A stretch of 64,000 nucleotides of DNA from Escherichia coli (GCF_024223415.1 NZ_CP100500.1); one strand, 5' to 3'; counted from the stretch's first letter, positions 37,256 through 46,795 are shown. The notes: a model not told the origin generated them from the letters alone. Made by a program: numbers and translations.

Positions 37256-38560
37256 TCAGATGAGGTCAGCGGCGAGCGCGTCGTCGGACACGTCATCGAA
37301 ATCATTTACAGGGTTAATATTGAGTGCGGGGCGCGGATCTGAATCAGGAACGACGGTGGGTTTACCGTCCGCTCGTGTTATCAGGGCCTCGACTTTTGGC
37401 CAGCGGCGCGGACTGGCTTTTTTGATGAGTTTTTCTGCTTTGGCAGGGCTAATCAGTTTAAAGTCGAAAACTTCTTCAGTTTTATACCTGAACTGATCCT
37501 TCAGAAGAGCTCGAGCTGCTTCCTCATCACTCCAGGTCCGGTTACCTTGTTTTCCTGTTACCAGTTTAAACCCCGGTACCGTATGCCCGGCATGGAGTTC
37601 ATTGTGAACCCGGTCACGTAGCGCTTTGCAAAAAGACTCAATCAGGTCAACATGGCTGTAAATGTCTGCCAGTTGTTCAGCGGTCAGTAGTGGTACACGC
37701 TTAACGGCATCTGCGAGTTGCTCGCCAACGGGTCTGCTCAGGTCAACGAAGTCGTCCGCAACGGCGTTAAGTCTGGCCTGTGCTTCTGCTGAACACAGCC
37801 CACCTTTTGCTTTACAGAAGAGGCACTGTTTCTCGCCTGGTGTGAAGTTTTCAGGTGGCAGGGTTTCGACGCCTTCGCAATCGGCGATGTTGAACATCAC
37901 GATCACACTGGCGGCAGCTTCCTGCGCCCGTTTGCCGAATGCCTGCAGTTCCTCCACCGTCAGGGACCACTCTGAAACGTGGTTAATCCGCGGCTGGTGG
38001 ATGAACAGGCGCACCGTCTCGAAGTCGTACAGAAGGCTGAACTGCTCGAGCACGCCCAGGGCATACAGCTGCAACTGCTCGTTCTGCTCAGCGTCGACAC
38101 GCACTCCCTTACCGTATTTCAGGTCGTGGATCTGCAGTTCGTTACCCGCGATGATTATGCAGTCGGCAGTTCCGAAAGAGTCTTCCACACCGACGATGTG
38201 GGAGAAGTCTACGCGTTGCTCAACCAGCAGCGTGTTGCCCTGTGCCAGTGACCAGACTGTATCAACATACCGGCCAACGGCTTCGACCATTTCCTCATCC
38301 ACCTGTGGGCCAGATGTATCATCAGGATTTGCGCGAAGGGGGTATGAGCCGAGAAACATAGAAACATTGCATCCGGCGTAGTGTTCCGGGTGACTTTGCC
38401 TGTTTCGCAGGACTTTTTCTGCAAGCGCGTGCGCCGCAGTACCTTCAACAGCAAAGGATGTTTCTTTGTCAGGCTGAGTGGACTCCAGCGCCAGACTGCC
38501 GCTACAACGCATCCATCTGTGGGCGGCTGATGGAGATAATTTTGCATGAACCTCGGGCAT
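37256..38560 (-). CDS. PD-(D/E)xK exonuclease, Cas4/RecB-like (DUF2800-like)
   Basis: 434 aa; nuclease motif (IHDLKYGKG), N-terminal Cys plus C-terminal CxxC cluster ([11 protein letters not shown]) suggests an Fe-S nuclease. Confidence 0.6.
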   Translation of the reverse strand: MPEVHAKLSPSAAHRWMRCSGSLALESTQPDKETSFAVEGTAAHALAEKVLRNRQSHPEHYAGCNVSMFLGSYPLRANPDDTSGPQVDEEMVEAVGRYVDTVWSLAQGNTLLVEQRVDFSHIVGVEDSFGTADCIIIAGNELQIHDLKYGKGVRVDAEQNEQLQLYALGVLEQFSLLYDFETVRLFIHQPRINHVSEWSLTVEELQAFGKRAQEAAASVIVMFNIADCEGVETLPPENFTPGEKQCLFCKAKGGLCSAEAQARLNAVADDFVDLSRPVGEQLADAVKRVPLLTAEQLADIYSHVDLIESFCKALRDRVHNELHAGHTVPGFKLVTGKQGNRTWSDEEAARALLKDQFRYKTEEVFDFKLISPAKAEKLIKKASPRRWPKVEALITRADGKPTVVPDSDPRPALNINPVNDFDDVSDDALAADLI

Positions 38561-38562
38561 AA

Positions 38563-39486
38563 TTAACCCTCCAGCGCTTTTTCAGCAAGGGCTATCACGT
38601 CTGCGAGTTTATCGTCAGCGACTTCACCGAGTTTTCTGGCTCCCTGTTTTTCCAGAATGGCAATAGCTTCTGCCCGGTAACCGCCTTTTGCAAGCTGGAG
38701 GATCAACCCTTCGGCCTGTTTACGCAGTGCAGCAAAATCGGTCTGTTCGCCAGTATCTTCCACGGCATCACCACCAGTTTCGGTACCGCTTTTTGCTGCG
38801 TCTCTGCGTGCAAATTCTTCCTGCAGCTGAAGGTACTCAACACGGTTGATCTCGATATGGCCTTTTTTCAGCATCTCGTTCAACTTGCGTAAGGTGTGGA
38901 GTTCACTGGCTGCTGTGCCGGATACATTTTTGACGTAAAACGGCCCCGTGCGTTCTCCATCTTTGTTACTGGCCTTTTTCGGCTTAACTTCATCACGCCC
39001 ATCTGCAGGTGCATCAAGTAGCTGCTCGGCAAAAGCACGTCGCTCGCCGATAGTTGGCAGGTCGTCCCAGAACTTAAGAATGTTGCGGGACAGGTCCAGA
39101 AGAGCGGGTTTATGCAGTGCCCTGGCTCGTTTGACGCACTGCAATGTGCTGTCGAGAGCATCAATCTGAACTACTCGTTTATCACCTTCAGCATCACGGT
39201 AAGCAACAGCTCGTTGCAGCATGTCTTCAGTAACAGGGGTAGCTGACGGGTAGAAACCAGCCAGTGCGATAACGTCGCTGAACTCCAGATCATCCAGTGT
39301 CATTACCGCTTTATTTTCAGTTTCATCTGCTGTTTCGGTTGCTGTATCCCGACATTCCTGTACTTGTGAAATGGCGTCAGGATGCATAACAATACCTGAT
39401 GCCATTGTGCGGATAAGACGTTCAAGCAGCACATTATGTTGCGCCAGAAGTTGGTTATTAAGTTCGAGACTGGTTTCTAAGCTCAT
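38563..39486 (-). CDS. hypothetical phage early protein (307 aa)
   Basis: ORF in the leftward early operon; no motif recognised. Confidence 0.45.
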   Translation of the reverse strand: MSLETSLELNNQLLAQHNVLLERLIRTMASGIVMHPDAISQVQECRDTATETADETENKAVMTLDDLEFSDVIALAGFYPSATPVTEDMLQRAVAYRDAEGDKRVVQIDALDSTLQCVKRARALHKPALLDLSRNILKFWDDLPTIGERRAFAEQLLDAPADGRDEVKPKKASNKDGERTGPFYVKNVSGTAASELHTLRKLNEMLKKGHIEINRVEYLQLQEEFARRDAAKSGTETGGDAVEDTGEQTDFAALRKQAEGLILQLAKGGYRAEAIAILEKQGARKLGEVADDKLADVIALAEKALEG

Positions 39487-39665
39487 ACTGTGGTCCTCGC
39501 TACAAGGAGAATGAAAGTGATGATCAGGCCAAGTGCAGTGGCAACGACCAGACCTGTCATCAAATCGAAGTGTTTACGGCGATAACGGAGAACATCGCGC
39601 CCCGTCAGTCGATGGATGTGTTCAGGTTTCATCGGTTGTATTCCTTTTTTCATATCGGGGAGCAC
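39483..39665 (-). CDS. small membrane protein (60 aa)
   Basis: Single predicted TM helix (LMTGLVVATALGLIITFILLVA); overlaps the stop of the upstream gene. Confidence 0.4.
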   Translation of the reverse strand: MLPDMKKGIQPMKPEHIHRLTGRDVLRYRRKHFDLMTGLVVATALGLIITFILLVARTTV

Positions 39666-39748
39666 GCTGTTGCGAGTGCGCTTTCAGACATAAAAAAGCC
39701 CGTCACTTGCGGCGGGCAAAGACTACACACAGCAATTACATGGATGAT

Positions 39749-39943
39749 TCAGTTGGTATTGTGCGTACGTGGTACCACGAGGTTGAAGCGGACACGCCAG
39801 TGCGTTGCAATGGTATGCAGGAAAGCACCACATCTAGGGCAGTGCTCATAACATTCGTTGATTTGGTATCGTTTTGGCTTTGGTGTCTGAAGTTGTGTTT
39901 GGCAAGCAGGGCATTCACCTTTGAGCGGTTTATACGTTTTCAC
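39749..39943 (-). CDS. zinc-ribbon protein (64 aa)
   Basis: Two CxxC pairs (CPACQ...CPRCG). Confidence 0.45.
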   Translation of the reverse strand: MKTYKPLKGECPACQTQLQTPKPKRYQINECYEHCPRCGAFLHTIATHWRVRFNLVVPRTHNTN

Positions 39944-40266
39944 GCCGTTTCCTCATTCAGTTCACTTTGGTGGTTCGGCGGCTTCGACTTGTATCAGTAG
40001 ACAGTGCTTCGCCGCACCCCAAAGGGAACTTACTGACCCGTATTGCCGACATCCTGTCCCGCCACGGTCCCGACGCATGGTTTAGAGTCGCGCCGTTCGA
40101 CTTGATGAGGGATAAATTACTATGTTTATTGTATTACGTAAACCACAAATATGGTATTTATGGTTGCAAAAATACCATATTATTGATATTTAAGTTAATT
40201 TAGTTGGTAGACAATCGGGGCGGGCGGTATGGCGGGAGGGCTTTTTCGCCCTCTTTCTGGATGGGA

Positions 40267-40890
40267 TTATCTTTTGCGGCGGTAAATACGATGTTCAATC
40301 ATGACCCCTACGATCTGTAAGGGGACATCTGCACTTCGTAGCACGGGATAGTCGGGATTCAGGGGGACCAGTTCAAAATCATCAACGCCGATACCCAACG
40401 GGCGGTATTTTTTGAAAGTGGCCTCATACCCGTTGTTCTTTGCAACGACGAATTCGCCAGGCATGGGGCATAAATCCGGGTCAATTATTACAATATCGCC
40501 TTCCTTAAACTCCGGTTGCATACTGTCACCATCTATCCGCAGGGCGAAGCAGGACTCAGGTACGTCGGAATCCGCGAGAACGTATTCCATATTTCCATCC
40601 ATGTCCGTAGCGTCTTTTGCTTCCGTTAGCGCACCGGCCTGTACGTAACTGAGGATCGGGATGCGGCGGGTACTTATTTCCGCCAGGGGCATTATATTCC
40701 TGCCATTTAAAAGCCAGTCGGGACTGCATTTCAGTGCCTTTGAAAGCTCTATGATGTTGCGGGGCTTCCGGGTCTTTCCGCTTTCAATAGTCTCAATGGA
40801 TTGCTGGCTGACCCCCGCGATTGCTGCAACTTCTGTTTGTGTCATCCCGAGTTCTGTACGGCGTGCTTTAAAGCGTTCTGCAAGTGACAT
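40267..40890 (-). CDS. CI-like prophage repressor (XRE HTH + S24 LexA-like peptidase domain)
   Basis: ORF 40267..40956; start at Met23 (MSLAERFKARRTELGMTQTEVAAIAGVSQQSI...) preceded by AGGGGG RBS; S24 motifs (GDSM...) in C-terminal half; divergent from cro. Confidence 0.85.
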   Translation of the reverse strand: MSLAERFKARRTELGMTQTEVAAIAGVSQQSIETIESGKTRKPRNIIELSKALKCSPDWLLNGRNIMPLAEISTRRIPILSYVQAGALTEAKDATDMDGNMEYVLADSDVPESCFALRIDGDSMQPEFKEGDIVIIDPDLCPMPGEFVVAKNNGYEATFKKYRPLGIGVDDFELVPLNPDYPVLRSADVPLQIVGVMIEHRIYRRKR

Positions 40891-40949
40891 GGTGTACCCC
40901 CTGATTCCTGATTTTTTGCTCTCCCTTATTAATACAATTTTTGTTGTAG

Positions 40950-40978
40950 TTGACAAACATCATTTATTGTCGCTAAAT
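40950..40978 (+). promoter_or_regulatory. PR-like promoter for cro (TTGACA-17 bp-CTAAAT) within the cI/cro operator region
   Basis: Consensus -35 TTGACA with 17-bp spacer and a -10-like hexamer ~30 bp upstream of the cro ATG; flanking short inverted repeats (tacaattt / aaattgta) may be operators. Confidence 0.5.
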
Positions 40979-41006
40979 ACCACATAAATTGTAGGAGACA
41001 ATAATC

Positions 41007-41216
41007 ATGACACTTGCTACCCGAGTAAAAAACCAGCGTAAGGCTCTTGGCCTGACGCAGGTTATGCTGGCAGAACGCACAGGGATTAGCCAGCAGGCCA
41101 TTAACCGCATTGAAAGCGGCCTTATATCCCGTCCCCGTTATCTGCTGGAAATAGCTGTTGCCCTGAACTGCGACCCTAACTGGCTGTTGCATGGTACTCC
41201 CGCGGATAAGACGTAA
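41007..41216 (+). CDS. Cro-like HTH regulator
   Basis: 69 aa; HTH (LGLTQVMLAERTGISQQAINRIESG); divergent from the CI-like gene. Confidence 0.8.
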   Translation: MTLATRVKNQRKALGLTQVMLAERTGISQQAINRIESGLISRPRYLLEIAVALNCDPNWLLHGTPADKT

Positions 41217-41219
41217 CTT

Positions 41220-43364
41220 ATGGCCCAGATCAATCTCTCATACGGCCGGGAACTGGTAGACAACCTTCCTGTGCCCTGTACTGATGCCGATTTTAACCGG
41301 ACATTTAAGCGTGTTAAAAAGTGGGCTCGTGCTATCGGCGCAACCAAACAGGATACAAAAAGCCAGCTTAACGCCAAAAAAGCGCGTCTGCCCTACATCT
41401 GGCACGCAATGAAGGACGTCACCAAAGGTCGTAACGCTGCTAATGCGGGCAACCGTGATGTGCTCTTCATGGATATGGACGGCTGTAACGCGCCTGCATG
41501 GGGCGCTTTACGCGATGCGCTGGCCTGTTTCTCATGTTTCACCTATTCAACGCCAAGTCATCTGCACCCCACTGCAAACGGGGAACATCGCTGGCGTATC
41601 TGCCTGGAGCTGAGTCGCCAGGTCACGCCCGAAGAGTACAAGCGTCTTGGCCTTGCGGTTGAAAACTGGCTGATGGATTGTATCAGCCTGCTGGACGATT
41701 ACACCGTCAAGTGGGACCACAGCGTTTACAACCCGGACCATATGGTTTTTGCCCCTGATGAAAAGGCCATCTTTGAACGTTTTACCGGGGAACCTGTTGA
41801 CGTTGATATCCTGTTGGCCAGCGCACCGGAAGTTACCATCCCTGAAAAAGCATCTTCCACAGACCGCGATGATTTGTCACGCGCTGTCGAACTGAACGGC
41901 ATCAGTCAGGAAACTTTTGACGACCTGCGCGAAGTGATGTGGCATCCGGCTGTACTGGCAGACGCTGAGCCGGGTTGCGGTAAATACCATAGCTGGGCGG
42001 CGATGGGAAATCGTCTGGCATGGTTTAAGGGAACCGACTGGGAAGACGCAGCCCGTCAGCTTTGGGTCGACTGGTCGATAGCGGGTGGTGGCGATGGCAT
42101 CAGCGCTGAACATAAATGGGACAGTAACCAGCTTACCGCCGAACGAACCGGTTACCAGGCCATTTTCGCCCATGCGCAGAAAGCAGGGGTCGCTAACCCC
42201 GCGACCGACCGTATGCGCGGTTTTGTCGCCGGTGCGAATGACTTCGACGAGTTGCCACCGGAAAAACCGGAGCTGCCAAAGTCCAGACCGCACACAGGCG
42301 GCTACGGTAAGCCGGGAAAGTTCATCATTGAAGGGATGGTGCCGCACGGGGTGACCATGCTCTATGGAGCTTCGTCATCGTTCAAATCCTATGGCGTTAT
42401 CTCCATGCTCTGCCGTGTGGCGACGAAAACTCATCGCTGGGGCGGGCGTAACCTCAAAGGTGGCGCTGTTCTGTATGTTGCCGCTGAGGGTGGCAGCTCC
42501 GTTATGCCGCGTGTCGGCGCATGGGCGGATAAGTACAATGACGGTAAGCCACTGGATTTGTTCTACACCCTGCCACTGGCGGTTGATCTCTCTGTCCCCG
42601 CAAACGTCACAAAGATGGTAAACGAGATTAAGCGCATAGCGTACCACACCGGCGAACCTGTCCGGCTTGTGGCCGTCGACACGCTGTCGCAGTCCATGAT
42701 GCAGGGCGAGGAAAACAGCGCCAGTGATGTGGCAAAATTCATGGCGGGCGCAACCAGGGTGTTCACCGAAACGGGCGCAGCGGTGATTATCGTTCACCAC
42801 AGCGGCAAAGACAGCAGTAAGGGGATGCGTGGCTCTTCTGCTGCCTTTGCTAACGCCGATGCGGTCATTCGCGTGGAACGCATCGGCGACGCGGTGAACC
42901 TGATTAACGAGAAACAGCGTACCGGTCCGGTACAGCCGACCCGCGGTTACATGGTACCGACAGTGCAGCTTCCTGACGACGTTATCGCGGCTAACGAAAC
43001 GTACGATGATGAGTATACCAGCACTGAAGGGGAAGTATATGACCCTGTAAGGCTTACCACCGAGCGCGTGTTTGAAGATGCACCAATGGCGGAGATCACC
43101 CCACTGCTGGTGGATAAGGGCGACGGGAATACCAAAGGCAGCAGCGATGAATCCTGGGTATGGGAAAAGCTGGAGGCCTCCGGCGGCAGCATCAACCGTT
43201 CTGCGCTTCGCGAGTTATGGAAGGATGAAACCGATAAAAGTACCGGTCAGTTACGTGCGGTTCTGGGGCGCATGAAAGAGAAGTATTACATCGTTGAGCG
43301 CGACGGCGTAATCAGGGATCCGCTATGCAATGGCGTACCACCTGGAGGGGATGAAATTGCTTAA
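41220..43364 (+). CDS. replication primase-helicase (N-terminal primase-like region + RecA/DnaB-like P-loop ATPase)
   Basis: 714 aa; Walker A-like (YGASSSFKSYG), RecA-like core (VLYVAAEGGSS...VIIVHHSGKD); immediately followed by an iteron-rich region. Confidence 0.7.
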   Translation: MAQINLSYGRELVDNLPVPCTDADFNRTFKRVKKWARAIGATKQDTKSQLNAKKARLPYIWHAMKDVTKGRNAANAGNRDVLFMDMDGCNAPAWGALRDALACFSCFTYSTPSHLHPTANGEHRWRICLELSRQVTPEEYKRLGLAVENWLMDCISLLDDYTVKWDHSVYNPDHMVFAPDEKAIFERFTGEPVDVDILLASAPEVTIPEKASSTDRDDLSRAVELNGISQETFDDLREVMWHPAVLADAEPGCGKYHSWAAMGNRLAWFKGTDWEDAARQLWVDWSIAGGGDGISAEHKWDSNQLTAERTGYQAIFAHAQKAGVANPATDRMRGFVAGANDFDELPPEKPELPKSRPHTGGYGKPGKFIIEGMVPHGVTMLYGASSSFKSYGVISMLCRVATKTHRWGGRNLKGGAVLYVAAEGGSSVMPRVGAWADKYNDGKPLDLFYTLPLAVDLSVPANVTKMVNEIKRIAYHTGEPVRLVAVDTLSQSMMQGEENSASDVAKFMAGATRVFTETGAAVIIVHHSGKDSSKGMRGSSAAFANADAVIRVERIGDAVNLINEKQRTGPVQPTRGYMVPTVQLPDDVIAANETYDDEYTSTEGEVYDPVRLTTERVFEDAPMAEITPLLVDKGDGNTKGSSDESWVWEKLEASGGSINRSALRELWKDETDKSTGQLRAVLGRMKEKYYIVERDGVIRDPLCNGVPPGGDEIA

Positions 43365-43369
43365 TTTTA

Positions 43370-43660
43370 CCAATTTGCAGAAAGCTACAAATTTGCATAA
43401 AAATGCAAAAATAAAATATATGCAATTTATTTGCATAAATAGTCAGCGCAACAAAAATTTTAAGCAGCAAGCGCAACACGATGCGCAACAGCGCAACAAA
43501 AAATGTTGCGCCGCTGATTTTAAAGGCTTTTTTAACCGCAACAAGAGCAACACGACGGCTAGCGTAGTGGCGCAACACAATACCCCTCTCCCCCCTTTAG
43601 GGGGGAGGGGTTTGTTGCGCCCGAGCCGTTGCGGTTTTTATTCATTTAAATGCATATGCA
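43370..43660. repeat. putative replication origin: AT-rich tract with TTTGCAT/ATGCAA repeats, GCGCAACA iterons (direct and inverted), and a GC-rich hairpin
   Basis: At least 6 copies of gcgcaaca or its complement within ~180 bp, preceded by an AT-rich block and followed by hairpin cccctctcccccc-ttta-ggggggagggg. Seen directly. Confidence 0.55.
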
Positions 43661-44386
43661 ATGCTGGTGAATGATAAGGGGGTGCAGATGCTGACAGCAA
43701 TCAACAACGAAAAAATTGTCATCGCAAGGGACGCGCAGAAACCGGGAATTTTCGCCTGCCCGGAATGTGGTGAAGTTGTCACCCTGCGGAAAGGTTCGGT
43801 GAAAGTTCACCATTTCGCCCATCGCAGCACCACATCCTGCGGTTACGGGAAAGGCGAATCTGAGTTGCACATGGATTTGAAAATGCAGGTCTATGACGCG
43901 TTGAACGCGCATCGTGAGGTGGAATATGTTGCGATGGAGGTCGCAGTCGGTGATGTTCGTCCCGATGTGCTGGCGATTATTCGGGGTCAGAAGGTTGCTT
44001 TTGAGATTCAGGTTAGTTCGCTGAGTATTGAAGACCTCTATCGCCGCACGGTTGCGTACGCAGCTCAGGACATTGCGATGATCTGGATCCTGCACTGGCC
44101 TGAAGGTACTGCACTGGACCGGCTTTATCACCCTGCATCATGGGAGCGATGGTTACATACTTGCGGAATGGCAACTCTGTACTTCTGGGCGGGCGATGGC
44201 TGGGTCAGGCCAGTGCGTCTGGGAAACCGACAACATGGATTACAAAGAGCACCTCGTGCCCATCTGGTTGATGATTTCGAACCAAAGCGAACAGGCGGGT
44301 GGATTAAAGGTGATTTTCTGATACCTGCTCGCTTTATCTGGAATCGTGTGCGACGGCAAAAACGTAGAGGTCAGAGCTATGCGTAA
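43661..44386 (+). CDS. CoiA-like / PD-(D/E)xK-type nuclease family protein
   Basis: 241 aa; CPECG zinc ribbon, HHFAH, and DVRPDVLAI...AFEIQVSS resembling competence protein CoiA-like nucleases. Confidence 0.5.
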   Translation: MLVNDKGVQMLTAINNEKIVIARDAQKPGIFACPECGEVVTLRKGSVKVHHFAHRSTTSCGYGKGESELHMDLKMQVYDALNAHREVEYVAMEVAVGDVRPDVLAIIRGQKVAFEIQVSSLSIEDLYRRTVAYAAQDIAMIWILHWPEGTALDRLYHPASWERWLHTCGMATLYFWAGDGWVRPVRLGNRQHGLQRAPRAHLVDDFEPKRTGGWIKGDFLIPARFIWNRVRRQKRRGQSYA

Positions 44387-44813
44387 TATTCAACAGGTTT
44401 TAGAGCGCTGGGGTGGCTGGGCTGCCAATAGCAACACCACAGTGAGCTGGGCTCCAATAGCGGCGGGATTTAAAGGGCTGGTAGTCAGCAGCCTGCCTGG
44501 CAGGCTGAGTTGCTGCGACGACGATGGCCTGATTATCGATGCTTGCGTCTGTCGGCTGCAGCAGGTCCGTAAGCCTGAGGAACTGGACGTCATTATGCTG
44601 TACTACGTCTACGGGTTAAGCAAACGTGAGATAGGACGGCGGCGTCGATGTTCTGAAGGATTTATCCGCCAGCAGTTGCAGGTAGCTGAGGGATTCATTG
44701 AGGGGTGTCTCTGCATGCTGGGTGTGAGCCTTCAGATGGATCCTGAGGTCGAAATTCAAAGGGATGAAAAAAGTATTAGTGCGCTACGCAAAAACTGCGC
44801 TACGCTGGTATGA
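44379..44813 (+). CDS. late-gene antiterminator Q (phage 21/82-type)
   Basis: ORF 44346..44813; probable start MRNIQQVLERWGGWAANSN...; position directly upstream of the lysis cassette. Confidence 0.7.
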   Translation: MRNIQQVLERWGGWAANSNTTVSWAPIAAGFKGLVVSSLPGRLSCCDDDGLIIDACVCRLQQVRKPEELDVIMLYYVYGLSKREIGRRRRCSEGFIRQQLQVAEGFIEGCLCMLGVSLQMDPEVEIQRDEKSISALRKNCATLV

Positions 44814-44940
44814 GTTGAATTTCTGACCTCAACGAAGAGCTCCAAATTATTGGGGGTTTTTTGTACGCACAACAGGTAATAGTATTGAACCCGCAGACCT
44901 CGCGGAACTGGTGAAAGGTGCCGCGCAGTGCTCTTATCGT

Positions 44941-45070
44941 TGTGGTGAAGCTCAATGGCGAGCTAGCAGATAGGCGACAGTGAAAATACTAGTCATGTAT
45001 CTGACCGCCGCGCGTACTGCAATCGGCAGCGCACCGATGGAAGCCGGTTCGATTCCGGCCGCCACAACCC
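44941..45070 (+). other. tRNA-like element (canonical 3' half; 5' acceptor/D-arm match separated by ~58-nt insert) - probable degenerate phage tRNA or tRNA 3' fragment
   Basis: T-arm GCCGG-TTCGATT-CCGGC, anticodon-arm-like ATCGG-CAGCGCA-CCGAT, acceptor 3' strand CGCCACA complementary to TGTGGTG at 44941; does not fold as a canonical 76-nt tRNA. Confidence 0.3.
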
Positions 45071-45187
45071 AAACTGAGCCGTAGCCACTGGCTGTCCTGA
45101 ACTCCTCAGTGATAGTTACGCTGCGGCCTTCTTTTTCCCCTTCCTAATACAAGAACTACGCAATCCGTTACTGGCGGAGGCGTTGCT

Positions 45188-45403
45188 ATGAAATCAATGG
45201 ACAAAATCTCAACTGGCATTGCCTACGGAACATCCGCTGGTAGTGCGGGATACTGGTTTTTACAGTGGTTGGATCAGGTCAGTCCGTCACAGTGGGCTGC
45301 TATTGGTGTGCTGGGGAGTCTGGCACTGGGCTTTCTGACTTATCTGACGAATCTGTACTTCAAGATAAAAGAGGACCGTCGCAAGGCGGCGCGGGGAGAG
45401 TAA
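45188..45403 (+). CDS. holin (phage 21 S / EssD-like, class II)
   Basis: 71 aa; [45 protein letters not shown]... matches remembered DLP12 EssD/S21. Confidence 0.9.
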   Translation: MKSMDKISTGIAYGTSAGSAGYWFLQWLDQVSPSQWAAIGVLGSLALGFLTYLTNLYFKIKEDRRKAARGE

Positions 45404-45407
45404 TTCA

Positions 45408-46343
45408 ATGGAACATAATAATGAAAAATCCAGAGAGCACTCTGGAAACAGCAAACATTATTCCATTGCTCATTCATTCGGCGGCTTTCGTGATGTAGTC
45501 GGACAGGGTGCTGAGAGAGAACAGGAGAGTAATACAATGACTCAAAACCATGAACTGGTTGTTAAAGGAACCCGAAATTTTGAGAATAAAATTGCGGTGA
45601 TTTTAACCCTGCGTGACAAAAAGCGTTTTGCCTGTGAGATATTTGACTTACACATCAACCTTGAACGACAGGAAGGCGCCACTCTGGAGTTTTATGAGTC
45701 AGAGGCAATAAAACGGGCAAAGACATTGTTCCGGGATGTTGCTGCAGGGTTATGTGAAGGGGACGAGCTGTCGCCGGAAAAGCGCCCCATAATTTTACAG
45801 GCGCACAATGTGTGGATAACCTACAAAGGAAAGCTACCGGGAAGAATTACTGGTTCTCTGAAGATGCCGCCGTCAACACTGCGGTCAGAAAAAGAGGCGT
45901 CTTGTCTGCAGTCTGAGTACTCCATTACGGTTAAAAGTGCCGGAGAGGAAGGAAATAAACGTTATTTTATTGCGTCTGCACCTGATAAAGATCAGGAATG
46001 GGAGTGTAACCGGCCATCCTTTGTTGTATACGGAGATGGCGGGAAAATAACCATCTCAGAAAATGGGAAATTAACACCGCCATCGCACCAGCATAGTGAG
46101 GCGCTCATTGAATTTGCCATTGATTACCTGAAGAACAATAAAAAGCAGGGGCTGATGAAGCGCATTGGTCGTTGCATGGGATATCTGCAGGTAGCAGCTG
46201 AGATTGAAATGATGGCCAGTGGTGCTGACAATGATGCAGTTGTGCTGGAGGCTCTTCTGCGTGATTTTGATAATACGCCCTTTAAGAAAGCACCTGTTGA
46301 CTGGATGCAGCCGGGGATGACTTATCTGAAAGGGCGTATATAA
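45408..46343 (+). CDS. hypothetical protein inserted between holin and endolysin (moron A; alternative start 45537)
   Basis: 311-aa ORF with RBS, starting 4 nt after holin stop; no recognisable motif; N-terminal 43 aa low complexity, so Met44 (MTQNHELVV..., RBS GGAGAG) may be the real start. Confidence 0.5.
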   Translation: MEHNNEKSREHSGNSKHYSIAHSFGGFRDVVGQGAEREQESNTMTQNHELVVKGTRNFENKIAVILTLRDKKRFACEIFDLHINLERQEGATLEFYESEAIKRAKTLFRDVAAGLCEGDELSPEKRPIILQAHNVWITYKGKLPGRITGSLKMPPSTLRSEKEASCLQSEYSITVKSAGEEGNKRYFIASAPDKDQEWECNRPSFVVYGDGGKITISENGKLTPPSHQHSEALIEFAIDYLKNNKKQGLMKRIGRCMGYLQVAAEIEMMASGADNDAVVLEALLRDFDNTPFKKAPVDWMQPGMTYLKGRI

Positions 46344-46352
46344 GGTGGCTCG

Positions 46353-46667
46353 TTATCTGTTGCTGGATAATCGACTGAAGATGCGTTCTTTTTGTGTTTT
46401 TGCGTAATGATTGTCCCACTCACAATCAAGGTAGCTTAATTCTTCATTCAACCAGTTATTTATATTGGTCTTAATACGCATAAGCATGGGCTGTGTTAAT
46501 GCTCTGGCGATAATGCCGAGAGTCACAGGTGTGAGATGTCCATACGGCTCAGCCTGAATGGATTTTACTGCATCGTGTTCTTGTGGGAGGAGTAAGAGGC
46601 ACTCTGATTTTACCCGCTCATTTATGGCTTGCAGGCATAAATCATAATTATGTTGATCGTTATGCAT
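46353..46667 (-). CDS. hypothetical protein (moron B, 104 aa), convergent with moron A
   Basis: ORF only; lies inside the lysis cassette on the opposite strand. Confidence 0.45.
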   Translation of the reverse strand: MHNDQHNYDLCLQAINERVKSECLLLLPQEHDAVKSIQAEPYGHLTPVTLGIIARALTQPMLMRIKTNINNWLNEELSYLDCEWDNHYAKTQKERIFSRLSSNR

Positions 46668-46795
46668 GGTTAATCCTCTACTGAAATTGTCAGATATATT
46701 TCAGCCATCAGGAAAAACGCCAGTGTCCTACCGCTGGCGGGCTGAAGATTTAACATATCCAGGGATTCGGAACCGATAAATCCTGATAAATATCC

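Noticed and set aside
39967-40203. 78-aa plus-strand ORF between the zinc-ribbon gene and cI
   Set aside because: Very AT-rich, no RBS, sits in the probable leftward promoter/operator region; likely non-coding.
43370-43660. Possible CRISPR array (repeated GCGCAACA units)
   Set aside because: Units are only 8 bp, irregularly spaced and in both orientations, with no cas genes; interpreted as origin iterons instead.
44941-45070. Complete canonical tRNA gene
   Set aside because: 5' acceptor/D-arm and 3' half are separated by ~58 nt with no canonical fold; kept only as a tRNA-like/degenerate element.
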